Origin: Folioceros fuciformis
Lineage: Eukaryota
NCBI GenBank assembly: GCA_049999805.1
Contig: JBNGIO010006237.1
Span: 225,671 to 289,670, forward strand
Direction: 5' to 3'
Length of the DNA stretch: 64,000 nt
A program made the position numbers and the translations under genes. Of the stretch, positions 13,190 to 24,087 are shown piece after piece (within the stretch, counting starts at the first letter, position 1; the number at the start of each line of letters is the position of its first letter). The notes under the pieces are model-generated. The model saw nothing but the letters and a program-made list of their open reading frames with translations. It ran no database searches and was not told the DNA's origin.

Positions 13190-15190
13190 TTGGTCATGGG
13201 CGCGGACATAGCATGGCACAGCCCTGACGTTCAAGTGGCCGGTACCATTCGCCATGGATGCATAAGCTCTCTGGACACGTATGATTGACACGAGTTGACG
13301 ACAGAAGGTGTCGTCACAACTGATCAATGAGCACGATGGCCACAGCCATCTTCTGGGATCTGCGGGATCACCCGAGCTCTAGAGAACCAGCGTCAGCCCT
13401 GCAATGGAAACATTGAGTGCTGCTACGCAGCAAAGGCACTTTGAAGGCGTTCTGTGCTTGTGCTTCAGCAACACTTGCTATTGGCGTCCAGCTGCCAACC
13501 ATCACCCAGTGGATTTTGTTAGAAGCATCGGGTCCTGGTATGTCCAAGTCCGACTTCCTCCAGAGCTTGGGGCTGATTGCAACAAACTTGGCCAGCGCCG
13601 AACACCACGCGTTCACGTCTGTTCTTGTGTTCAAAGCCCTGTGCTAACTTTGGACTGCCCTGTTACGTGGGGACAGTCTCGCCGCGAGTCATCCAACATT
13701 GTTGACAGGACGAATGGGAAAACGGTGAACGCTGTTTGCATTCGTCTCTGGAATCTAAAAACCACGGTCGAGTCGAGATCGGAGTGTGCAAGATCAATGC
13801 CGGTAGTTTGGGTGGCCCCATGTTTCCCACAGGCTTGCTGTTCAGCTTCCTCTCGAAGACTTCATGGGAGCCCATGTTGTGCAGTTGTCGAAAGCGTGAG
13901 CTGGCGTGATTGTTTTGACGACGAAAGCAGAATATGGTCGTGGGATTCATGTGATCGCTGGAAGGGTAAAGTTGACGTGTTTCAAGACAGAAGCTGTGGA
14001 CACGGCTGCACCATTGGCAAGAGATCCAGGGGCGCAATCGTGTGGACAAGCAGGCTTACAGCTTATGCTTGTGAGCGCGGATATGGCACGGCGCAGCCCT
14101 GAAGTTCAAGTGGCCGGTGCCATTGGCCATGGATGCATAACTTGTGGTCGCTGGACAGGCGTAATTGGCAACTGATGAATGACAACGATTATATTGTACA
14201 AGACCTTTGCAAACACATCCAGTGGCCCCGGCACACAATGATGCAGACAGTCCGAATTTCGATGGTGACATCCGCGCCATAATAAGCCATGAGGGAATCC
14301 AAGTCCATATACATGATCGTAAAGCTCTCAGTGATGCTCCTGGCAATCTCATTCTGGTGTGTGAACTTCACCCAATGGTACGCAAGGGGTTATAGCTCTC
14401 TTTCCTGTAAAACTTCGTTGTGGTCCATGCAGTTGATGTAACCCACCCAAGAATCAGATCATATGCATGAACAGGATGAGGAAGAGGAGGCTGCGTGAAA
14501 GATGCTGGCCAGCTGGAGCTTGCGTGATTTTGTACCAGGAGGTGTGTTGCGGAAGAAAACCAGAGCCTGTGGCCATCATATCTTGATGACTGAGAAGGCG
14601 TACGTGAGTGATCGTAATCGGTGAAGTTGCCATCCATCTATTGAGCACGAAGATAGATGTTCCAGGACTCCACAAAGTTGATCCATGGGTACTCCATGAA
14701 ATTGTAATGGGAGTCCTCGTTTACACGCTGGACGAGCGACAGTCTGTCGTGCCGCACAAACCCGAGGCGGATTCTTTGTCCAAGCACGTTTGGGCAGACC
14801 TCCCTTGGTGTGCCATTGTTTGGAGCCCTACAAACCCCTACAAAGGCGCCACTAAACAAGTTGGGCACAATGTGCTTCTCCTAGGTGCTGCGATCCCAGC
14901 AGGATCCGGAATCAGCCTATATTGCCTAGCTTGCCGCGCCACACTACACAGGGCCGAGCCTCCCTGGAACCTAGAGCGCTAGCCTACATGAAGCAACTGA
15001 GCTTGCGCCGGAAGGCGGTCGCTGCTGCTCGATGCTAGCCGGCCCCCAAGCGCAACGACCTCAGCCAGCTTCTGGAATCTGCTGGATCACCCTCTCTCCA
15101 GGGATCCAGCGTCAGCCCTGCAACGTAAATGATGAGTACGCAGCAAAGACATTTTGCAGACGCGCGGTGCTGGTACTTCAGCATTGACGG
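13190..15190 (+). pseudogene. Two diverged copies of a decayed coding segment, possibly NYN-domain-like; copy 2 is split by a ~0.85-kb insert
   Basis: 13190-13270 resembles 14070-14140 and 13340-13470 resembles 15060-15185. Translations TAIFWDLRDHP and SASFWNLLDHP recall the NYN N-terminal xxFWD motif. Stops and frameshifts throughout. Confidence 0.4.
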
Positions 15191-15584
15191 CGACGAAAAT
15201 TTGTCGAAGGGTTCAAGGATTTCGCTGGAGTACCAGTCCGAGCTGGAGCCCAAAGGCATGCATATAGCGACATGTGGCTCAGTCGTCGCAGGGCCCGGGA
15301 TCTGGATATGCACACTCTGAGAACGCTGGCTGGCTGGGTCCCGCGAACGCCGTGGCGGGGGCCCAGCCTACAGGCAGCAATTCCCGAACTGCAGTCTAAC
15401 GATGTGGAACGACATGCAGAGGCGGCATCTGTCTTCCCTTCCGATGGTGAGAAAGGTCGTCATAGGGGGGCGCCCTGTAGTTGGTTTGTTCCTGCTCGCC
15501 CCGTCTGCCGCTCCGTAAGGTTGGCTTCGGAGCTGAGTTCCAGTGGAGTTGATCAGTCCCTTCTAAGCTTGGCCGGCGGCGGCG

Positions 15585-18048
15585 ATGACGAGACGAACGC
15601 CGGCGCAGGGACAAGGTCAGGGGTCCCGGGAGACGGCGGTTGGTGATGATTCTGCTGCAGCCACTCCTGTACATGGTACCGTTGCTGCTTGTGCTGCCGC
15701 CTCTGGTGGCACGATAAGAGGAGGTAGAGGTGGTGGCGGGGAGAAGGTGAAGCCGGGCCCAGGCCGGTCCAAGATCGTGATAAAGCGCATCGTGAACGAC
15801 CACCAGCGGCAGACCACCTTCACGAAGCGCAAGAAGGGGCTGAAGAAGAAGGCAATCGAGCTGTCGAAGCTGTGCGATGTGGACATATGCTTTATTTGCT
15901 ACGGCGGCAGCACGGGCACCGAAAGGCAGAACAACAACAGCAATCAAAATAACAACATGTTCTGGGGCACTCCGAGCGTCGAGCACGTCATTAGTCGCTA
16001 CAAAGCCATTCCTAAGGAGGAGCAGGACAAGAGAAAGTTGGATGGCACGTCCATGTTGGAGTCCATCATCAAGAAGCACGCAGGAGAGTTGAAGCAGGTG
16101 GGATTCGGATTTGGTTTCCGTACATGCATGTGGAGAGGGGAATTGCTTTGAAATCCGTTGTCTTGACTGTAGTGCACGTTGCATGCAGTTGCAGGAGAAG
16201 AATAACAGCAACAGGATGACGTTGGAGGACCTGCTCCACAGAATTACGCAGGGGTGCGATGAGGGCCACGAGAAACAGGGTCACAGCATCGTGCAGCTTC
16301 GTGGTCTACAAACTGAGATACTGGTTAAGCGCAAAATGCTGTACGCAAGGCTGGAGCAAATACAGCAGGGCTTGTATATGAGTGGTGGCGCATGCCTGAG
16401 TCAGATGCCGTTCGAGACCGGGGGGGAGCAGCAGTATATGCAGGCCCCGTTACCGTGTGGCGCAGGGGCAGACGGCGCGATGCTGGAATCGATTGGAGCG
16501 AATTCCGTATTGGCATCCGGTCTGCACCAGAACCAGATGTATGTGCTGCAGCATTATCAGTGGGAAGATCACGCGGTACCCCCGGACAATTTAATGTTGT
16601 ATCAGCATGTTCCTCAGGAACAGGAACAGCACATTCTGAGTCAGGAGCAGCATCAGCACATTCTAAATGTGAGCCGTAACCAGAATCTTTTAAGCAGCCA
16701 GCAGCTGTTTCAACTGAACCAGCAAGGACTCCCCTTCAACAACGGCCACCGATACCAGCTTCTGCAGAACATGTTTAACCAGCAGGAGCCGGATAATTTG
16801 AACGAGTTTCCGTCCCAACGTTGTCCGAATCAGCAGGAATCGCACCAACAGCCCCACCAGCTTCGTGGGGAGCGAGAATACGAGACAGCTTCGATTGGTA
16901 TGCACCAGCACCAACAACAGCAGCCGCTTGGCATGCACCAACAGATTTATGCGGAGCAAATTCAGGTTGGGGAGGGACAACACCTGAATTCGCTTGCCAT
17001 GCACCAGCAGTCGCTCATGCAGCAGTACCAACAACAGCTTCAAGGAGAGCCCCAACAACTGAATTCGGTGCAGATTCATGGGGAGTTCCAACACCTGAAT
17101 TTGCTGCAGCTTCATGGGGAGCCCCAACACCTGAATTTGCTGCAGCTTCATGGGGAGCCCCAACACCTGAATTTGCTGCAGCTTCATGGGGAGCCCCAAC
17201 ACCTGANNNNNNNNNNNNNNNNNNNNNNNNNNNNNNNNNNNNNNNNNNNNNNNNNNNNNNNNNNNNNNNNNNNNNNNNNNNNNNNNNNNNNNNNNNNNNN
17301 NNNNNNGGAGCCCCAACACCTGAATTCGTTGCACCTTCATGGGGACCAGTACCAGCAGCAGCAACTCCATGGGGAGTCCCAACAACACCTGAATTCGCCT
17401 GAATTCGTTGCAGCTTCATGGGGACCACTACCAGCAGCAGCAGCCCCACAAGAGCAGCAGCTCCATGGGAACCAGTACCAACAAGAGCAGCAGCTACATG
17501 GGAACCAGTACCAACAAGAGCAGCGGCTCCATGGGAACCAGTACCAACAAGAGCAGCAGCTCCATGGGAACCAGTACCAACAAGAGCAGCAGCTCCATGG
17601 GGACCACGGGTACCAGTACCAACAAGAGCAGCAGCTTCATGGGAATCAGTACCAACTACAGCAGCAGCTTCATAGGAACCAGCCTCCACAAGAGCAGCAG
17701 CCAGTGGAGCAGGTGGACGCTAATCGACAACAACAGAATACGCTTGGCGTGAACCAGCGTCAGGTCCATGCTAAGCGAGAACAGCTGGATCCGCAGCACC
17801 GGCATCCGCAGTCGCAGCGATGGCGACAGCAGCGGCCGGAGCAGCACCGACTGCAGCAGCAGCGGTCGCTGCAGCAGCAGGAACCTGCGATCCAAGAAAA
17901 CGATTTGCAATATCAAGCATATAACACGCGCGGTTCGCAACCATATGAGGCGCATCTGATTCAGAAGCGGGTTCAGGGACAACTGCAGCAACATGAGCTC
18001 ATTCCGAAGCGTGGACGCTGGTCCGAGTCTAAGGCGACCAACAGCTGA
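15585..18048 (+). CDS. Type I (SRF-like) MADS-box transcription factor with long Gln/His-rich repetitive C-terminus; one intron (16098-16188)
   Basis: MADS domain GRSKIVIKRIVNDHQRQTTFTKRKKGLKKKAIELSKLCDVDICFICY followed by WGTPSVEHVISRY; no K-box exon array; a phase-0 GT-AG intron joins ORFs 15585 and 16111. Confidence 0.88.
17040..17700 (+). repeat. Coding minisatellites: 36-bp unit (GEPQHLNLLQLH) and 33-bp unit (GNQYQQEQQLH)
   Basis: Near-identical tandem copies are visible; the 36-bp array is interrupted by the N gap. Confidence 0.93.
17207..17306. other. Assembly gap (100 N), true length unknown
   Basis: Run of n inside the 36-bp repeat array. Confidence 0.98.
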
Positions 18049-18237
18049 TACCTGAGCGAGAACGTTCCTAGAATCTCAAGCTGTCGAACACTTTCAAGCT
18101 GAATCTTTCAAGAGAGAGAGAGGTTTGCCTCCGTAAAGCCGGAGAGAGCTTAGCTTAGCCTTCCAACCATGGGAAACACAATAGCCCAGCTCCTAAAGTC
18201 TGCAGGAGCAGACACACTTCACTACACGTGGATTCGA

Positions 18238-20796
18238 TCATGCTGCTCCTATCCCATCCAAATCTGGAGGTGAGTTCTTTGCTTTATTTCCTACACGACT
18301 CCAAGATGAAACCCTGACATCTTGCAAACCCTGATCCATGTTCTCAGCTAAAAAACTATGAACTTGTCCACTCGTGTCTGTCCACCAACTCCGGCCCGGC
18401 CGCTTCCAAGCCCTTTGTCTTATTCTGGACACTTGTAGCTTCTCTGCCTGCTTCCGCATCTGGGCATCTGTATATATGTTCTCCATCAATGTATATGCCG
18501 CAGCATCTGTCTTGTCCAGCTTCACTGCCTCATCAAAAGCATGACGGCCGACCTTGACGTTTCTCCACTTTCGACAACCACCCAGAAGAGTGTGCCAAAC
18601 CGAAGAGTTAGGAAGTACAGGCATTGACCCCACGAAAGCCAGTGCCTCGTCCAATTGTCCTGCACGAGCCAGCAGATCCACCATGCAGCTGTAGTGCTCC
18701 GCCGTGGGAGTGATGCTATGGTTTCTGGTCATGGCCTGAAAATGCTCCCGCCCCTTGTTCACGAGACCTGTGTGACTGCATACATTTAGTACACTCAGGA
18801 GAGTGATTCCGTCTGGCACTACGCCATCTTCTCTCATTCTGAGAACCAAGTTAAAGACCTTTTCACTGTCTCCTTGACGGGTGTATCCTGCAATCAGCGA
18901 ATTCCAAGCGCCGACTTCTTTTCTTCCTGGCCATGCCTCGAACACCTCCTGTGCGTCAGGCATGCTACCACACCTTCCAAACATGTTTATCAAACCGCTA
19001 GCTACAAGAGAATCAGACTGAAACCCGTGATCTCTGATCTCTGCGTGGAGTTGTTTTCCCAGATGCAATGCTGCAATACTAGAACATGCCTGAAGGAGGT
19101 GTACGAATGTCAGAGCATTGGGTGCAACGAGGCCCTCTTCTTGCATAGCATTGTAAATCTCAAGGGCCTCCTGCCCCATGCCCTGCTGGGAATATCCTGC
19201 TATCATGGCATTCCACGTTACCACATTTCTTAGACCAAGCCTGTCAAAGACGGCCTGAGCTTTCTCTAGGCTGCCACACCTTGCATACATGTCTACCAAG
19301 CTGCTGGCTACAAGGACGTCAGCCTGAAGCCCTCGTTCCCTAGTTTGTACATGAATCTCCTTCCCTTTCTCCAGAGCTGCACAGCCCACACTTGCACATG
19401 CCTGCAGGATGCAGACGTATGTGACAGAATTGGGTGCGGTTATGGCTTCGTCTTGCATTAGTCTGAAAAGGCGAAGGGCTTCCAATCCCATGTCGTGCTG
19501 GGAATAGCCTGCTATCATGGCACTCCAGGTCACCACATTTTTATGACCCAGTCCGTCAAACACTCCTCGAGCCTCCTCTAGACTATCACACTTGATGTAC
19601 ATATCCAGTAAACTGCTAGCCACAAACACGTCAGCTTCAAGTCCTCGTTCTCTAATCTGTGCATGAAGCTGTTTTCCCTGCTCCAAAGCCGGGGTGCCAA
19701 CACTTGCACATCCCTGCAACAGGCACAAGAATGTCACACCATCAGGAGCAAGAATGCCTTCTTCTTGCATATTCCTGTAGAGATGAAGACTCTCCTGACC
19801 CATGCCCTGCTGAGAATATGCTGCTATCATAGCATTCCATGTTGCCACATTCTTTAGACCAAGTCCGTCAAACACCCCACGAGCCTCCTCCAGGTTGCCA
19901 CACTTCGCATACATGTTTACCAGGCTCCCACCCACAACCACATCGGCCTGAAATCCTCGTGCTCTGATCTGTGCATGGAGCTGCATGCCCATCTCCAAAG
20001 CTAGGGCGTCCGAGCTTGCACAGGCCTGCAGGAGGCAGACAAATGTAACAAGGGTGGGTTCAGTTATGCCTCCTCGTTGCATAGCACTGTAAAGACGAAG
20101 GGCCTCCTGGCCCATGCCCTGGTGGGCATATCCCGCCATCATGGCATTCCAAGTCACGACATCCTTCCGAGCAAGCCCATCAAACACCCTGCGAGCGTTC
20201 ACCACGCTGCCACACTTTGCGTACATGTCAACTACACCGCTACACACAAACAAATCACGCTCAAGGCCGCTAGCCAGGACATCAGCATGCACCTCCTTCC
20301 CAGCTTTCAAGTCCTTTCCCTTGGCACACGCCCGGAGTGCTGCTACAAACACCTGACCATTCGGCCTCACGTTTGATCTGCGCATCCCACGATACAAATG
20401 CACCGCCAGCTTGTCTTGCCCCCATTTCACATGTGCAGAAATCATGGTCGACCACATAAAGGCATCTGGTTCGGCAAGAAAGGTGAACACGTCCATCGCC
20501 TCCTGTAACCTGCCATGGGAAGCATACATACGCAGGATGTGGTTGCCCAAGAACGTATCCTCCTGATACCCCATTCTCACCGTGAAAGCATGCATACGAC
20601 GACCCAGAGCAAGATCCCCCTTGGCCACACATTGCTTCAGGAAAGTACAGACGAGAGATTTGCAAATGCTTCCGTCTGCACGCACCAGAACTCCAAGGGC
20701 CTCAAAGGCCACACTAAGTTCCCCTTGCTCGCATAGTTTTCTAACAGATTCACCCGATACTGCCCATCTGCATTCCCGAAGCAGCCAGCTGCGCAT
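18238..20796 (-). CDS. PLS-class PPR protein (~21 P/L/S motifs + E1 + E2 + WW-type PG box, no DYW catalytic core); candidate organellar RNA-editing specificity factor
   Basis: 852-aa ORF with regular P-L-S triplets, AEHYSCMVDLLARAG, E1 WHTLLGGCRKW, then PGRSWWTDTSGQVHSF and no HxE/CxxC. The frame stays open to ~20890 with a possible AG acceptor, so an upstream exon may exist. Confidence 0.93.
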   Translation of the reverse strand: MRSWLLRECRWAVSGESVRKLCEQGELSVAFEALGVLVRADGSICKSLVCTFLKQCVAKGDLALGRRMHAFTVRMGYQEDTFLGNHILRMYASHGRLQEAMDVFTFLAEPDAFMWSTMISAHVKWGQDKLAVHLYRGMRRSNVRPNGQVFVAALRACAKGKDLKAGKEVHADVLASGLERDLFVCSGVVDMYAKCGSVVNARRVFDGLARKDVVTWNAMMAGYAHQGMGQEALRLYSAMQRGGITEPTLVTFVCLLQACASSDALALEMGMQLHAQIRARGFQADVVVGGSLVNMYAKCGNLEEARGVFDGLGLKNVATWNAMIAAYSQQGMGQESLHLYRNMQEEGILAPDGVTFLCLLQGCASVGTPALEQGKQLHAQIRERGLEADVFVASSLLDMYIKCDSLEEARGVFDGLGHKNVVTWSAMIAGYSQHDMGLEALRLFRLMQDEAITAPNSVTYVCILQACASVGCAALEKGKEIHVQTRERGLQADVLVASSLVDMYARCGSLEKAQAVFDRLGLRNVVTWNAMIAGYSQQGMGQEALEIYNAMQEEGLVAPNALTFVHLLQACSSIAALHLGKQLHAEIRDHGFQSDSLVASGLINMFGRCGSMPDAQEVFEAWPGRKEVGAWNSLIAGYTRQGDSEKVFNLVLRMREDGVVPDGITLLSVLNVCSHTGLVNKGREHFQAMTRNHSITPTAEHYSCMVDLLARAGQLDEALAFVGSMPVLPNSSVWHTLLGGCRKWRNVKVGRHAFDEAVKLDKTDAAAYTLMENIYTDAQMRKQAEKLQVSRIRQRAWKRPGRSWWTDTSGQVHSFLAENMDQGLQDVRVSSWSRVGNKAKNSPPDLDGIGAA

Positions 20797-21371
20797 CCAC
20801 CGCTTTTGCTTCTCCCGGGACCTCGTCTCCCCAGGGCGGGATTCCTCTGTTTCCGACGGCTTTGCCGCACTCTCGCTCTTGTAGGATTCTATTATTCAGG
20901 CACAAAGTGTTTTTATTAGAATTCTATATAAGCCTGTTCTGATTAGGTGTAGGAGGCAGGTGGGCACTCGTTCAGACGAGCAACGTGACGCGTCCACCGT
21001 TCACGTACGCAATGAGTCACCTGGGGGGTCGCCACAGTGAGAAGTTGGGGAAGGCTCTCATTCTACGGCGTTGAGAGCTGCCTCAACCTCGTTGGGTTTC
21101 CGGGCAGGGAATTGTGTATGAGCGCATCCAGCCTGCCTGGCTCGATCGTGGTTGCGTGAATTGTTAGGGCTGGCATTGTCGAATGCTTGTGTTTGGTGGT
21201 TGTGGCAGGCCCAGTTTGCGTCAGATCCGTGTCGGTCTTGTGTCTCAGATCTGGTGCACAGGCTCATGCCTTTGCGGAGGATTTGGTGCTGGTGCCAGGC
21301 TGCGGTGGAGTAGGTAGTGGCGAGAAGGCGGGAGAGCAGGAGCGCGCGAGGGAAGGAGAGGGGGAGCAGCC

Positions 21372-22247
21372 ATGTCGGGGCAGGGGCAGCGTCTTAACGT
21401 GGTTCCCACCGTGACCGTGCTCGCGGTGGTGAAAACGCGGCTTGTTGCCGCGACCAAGGGGCACCAGATGCTGAAGAGGAAGAGTGATGCCCTCACTCAG
21501 CGATTTCGGCAGATCCTCAAGCGCATATTGGAGACCAAGGAGGCCATGGGAGAAGTGATGAAGCAGAGCTCGTTTGCTCTAGTGGAGGCCAAGTATGCTG
21601 CGGGTGACGATATCAAGTTGACGATCTTTGAGAACGTGGGGACGGCTACCGTCAGGGTGAAGGCCAAACAAGATAACATCGCCGGGGTCAAGCTTCCAGC
21701 ATTTGAGCCCGATATTATTCCTGGGGATACTAAGCAGGATCTCACGGGTCTGGGTAGGGGTGGCCAGCAGGTTAAGGTGTGCAAGGCTGCGTATCTGAAA
21801 GCCATTCAGCTGTTGGTGCAGCTGGCGTCATTGCAGACCTCGTTTTTGTCTCTTGATGAGGCTGTTAAGAGCACCAACCGCAGGGTGAATGCTTTGGAGA
21901 ATGTGGTGAGACCTCGGTTGGACAATACCATACGGTACATCAAGGGTGAGCTGGACGAGCTGGAGAGGGAGGACTTTTTCCGGCTCAAGAAGGTTCAGAA
22001 TGGCAAGAAGAAGGAGCTTGAGAGGGTGGCTCTGGAAAAGCAGAGAAAGTTAGAGGTTGTGGAGGATGATGGTGATGGTGATGAGCTGCATGTGTCACTA
22101 CAGGGGAATCATTATAACCATCATTCACAGGGTCACCGTCCTCTCCGTGGCTCTCTCGGTCACCACCACGGATCTGCTCAGAGAGCTACGCAAAGCACTA
22201 ATCTATTGGCTGCTGGCAATGAAGAAGATTCCGACATCATCTTTTGA
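21372..22247 (+). CDS. VHA-D: V-type H+-ATPase subunit D, single exon
   Basis: MSGQGQRLNVVPTVT, GHQMLKRKSDALT, QDNIAGVKLP, TNRRVNALE, ELDELEREDFFRLKK, C-terminal DSDIIF. Confidence 0.97.
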   Translation: MSGQGQRLNVVPTVTVLAVVKTRLVAATKGHQMLKRKSDALTQRFRQILKRILETKEAMGEVMKQSSFALVEAKYAAGDDIKLTIFENVGTATVRVKAKQDNIAGVKLPAFEPDIIPGDTKQDLTGLGRGGQQVKVCKAAYLKAIQLLVQLASLQTSFLSLDEAVKSTNRRVNALENVVRPRLDNTIRYIKGELDELEREDFFRLKKVQNGKKKELERVALEKQRKLEVVEDDGDGDELHVSLQGNHYNHHSQGHRPLRGSLGHHHGSAQRATQSTNLLAAGNEEDSDIIF

Positions 22248-22964
22248 CTTGCTTGTGACTCCTGTTCATGTCCTATTGTCCCCCAATCTGTCATCAGCAG
22301 GGTTTGGGCTCAAGGTCTGTCATTTGTCATGCGTCGGCAGGGGCGTCTGAGAGTTTCTGCAACGTGGAGTGTAGTCAAGCTTTGCCCTTAAAGCCTGCAG
22401 GTTTCCCTTACAGCTGGGAAGGGCATGGCATGGCGGATGGGTCCTTCGTCTCCTTGTATACGACTTAGTTTTTTGAATCTGCAGAACACAAGTGAGAGTG
22501 AGAGCCGTGCATCGGACGGACTAGTGGGCTCCTTCACTGAAGCATGTGGTTGGTTTTAGCTGCCGACTAATCTAGGAAGTCTCTTCATGGGTTTTCATAG
22601 GTTCCAGGTGACGTCCCAGTTCTGCAATCTGCAAGGTTCTAGGACGAAGACGACAGAACGGAGTGTAGGACATCGCGGGTGGATATGCACTGCCGGCTTA
22701 CTGTTGACATTAATTCTAGCAGTTGGGACTATACGAGCTCATGATCGCGTGCTACTTGGACTCTTGGAAATTTTGTCAGAACGAAGGACCGCGTTCTAAG
22801 GCCTTCCTTCTCGCTATGGTCTTACCCCCTAGGTGTAGGACCAAAATTTTCAATGAACATTCTGTTTCGTGTTGCTCTCCATTCGAGTGTATGTTCGTGT
22901 TGTGTCCGACGCTGCATATGGGATGGTCTGTTGCTGGACGCTTGCAATCGCGTCGTACTGCTGC

Positions 22965-24087
22965 CTAGGTCACACTTGGAGAACAGCTCATCGGAAAAGA
23001 GCGCTGCACGATCCTGCCATTCAACGCAAGAGCTAGAACATCCAGCTCCTCGACGAACCACAGCTCGTTCACCTCTACTTCCCAGCCTGCTAGTTTGCTA
23101 GTTGCTTGCTCCGCAAAAGCCTTGAGCAAAGGTAGGGCTTCGTCGACACCACTAATTCCCCTCGGCAGTCCTAGGATCCTGGCAAAGGATGAGTGTAGTA
23201 TGACATCGTTGTAGAATTGATGAGTAGGAGAGAAGGGCAGAGCAGCTTTGAGTTGGGATCGGATCACGGCAGGGTCAGGGCCCGTTACGACATCCCACAG
23301 TCCGAGTAAAACTCCAGTAGACGTAACCACCACCCTTTGCAAAACTATCTTCAGGGCGCAAAGTTTGTCCACTACAGCACCAATGCGCTGAGCCTCCTCC
23401 TCAACTTCCACCGCGGTAGCCGGGACAGGATCCATGTGATGAGATGCGTGGTACAGGCTGAAGTGGTAAAGTTCAGGGTCCTGTAGCCAGATTGCTGCTT
23501 CCGAGAAATGTCGAAACACGGCCTGACTCAACTCTTGAAAGATCATCCTGGCATCTTTGGGGTTCATGTGCAGCACCGTCGCCCGCACAGGTGGATAGGC
23601 CGGCTTCAACACCGGCTTAGCCTTGCCGCCTCTAATCTCGAACAGATCTGACAGCTTAAGTGCCTGCGAAGTGCTCCCGCCTAACAAAAACTTGGGCTTC
23701 CCTCTGTCCAGATCAGCCGCCATCTCCTTGTACAGGTCCAGTCGCTGCCGGGCATAATTGGGAGCATCAGACGATTGCATCTCTAGCGCCAGCGCCGGCT
23801 GCAAAAACAATTCACCGCATTCCATCATTCCTAACCAGCGTATTGCAACTGCGTCTGCATCAGATTCCAGACCGTAGGTTAACGTCGAGTGCACGCGCAA
23901 AATTCACCTGAGAAGGTTTGGGCACGACGCGCAGGCGGGTGGCAAGCAGAAGCAGCACCGCAAGGGATAAGACTAGGATCGTGCAAGGTCCCAATCGCAG
24001 GAAGCGCAGGTGGAGCGGGTGAGCTTGAAACCGCCTGGTTCCTGGCAGCTCCTTCTCATTGCTATCCGTGTGCGACATCCAGGCCAT
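22965..24087 (-). CDS. Conserved plant membrane-anchored protein with two HxS motifs (2H phosphoesterase-like); intron 23799-23907
   Basis: N-terminal hydrophobic anchor (ILVLSLAVLLLLAT); a phase-0 GT...ttgtttttgcAG intron joins the two ORFs; motifs YHFSLYHASHH and ILHSSFARILG. Confidence 0.75.

Noticed and set aside
16690..17994. Long alternative-frame and antisense ORFs over the MADS tail
   Set aside because: Shadows of the coding tandem repeats.
1..20796. Functional RNA-processing cluster (HEN1 + PPRs + NYN-like)
   Set aside because: The genes act in different compartments, PPRs are very numerous in such genomes, and unrelated genes are interspersed; adjacency is probably chance.
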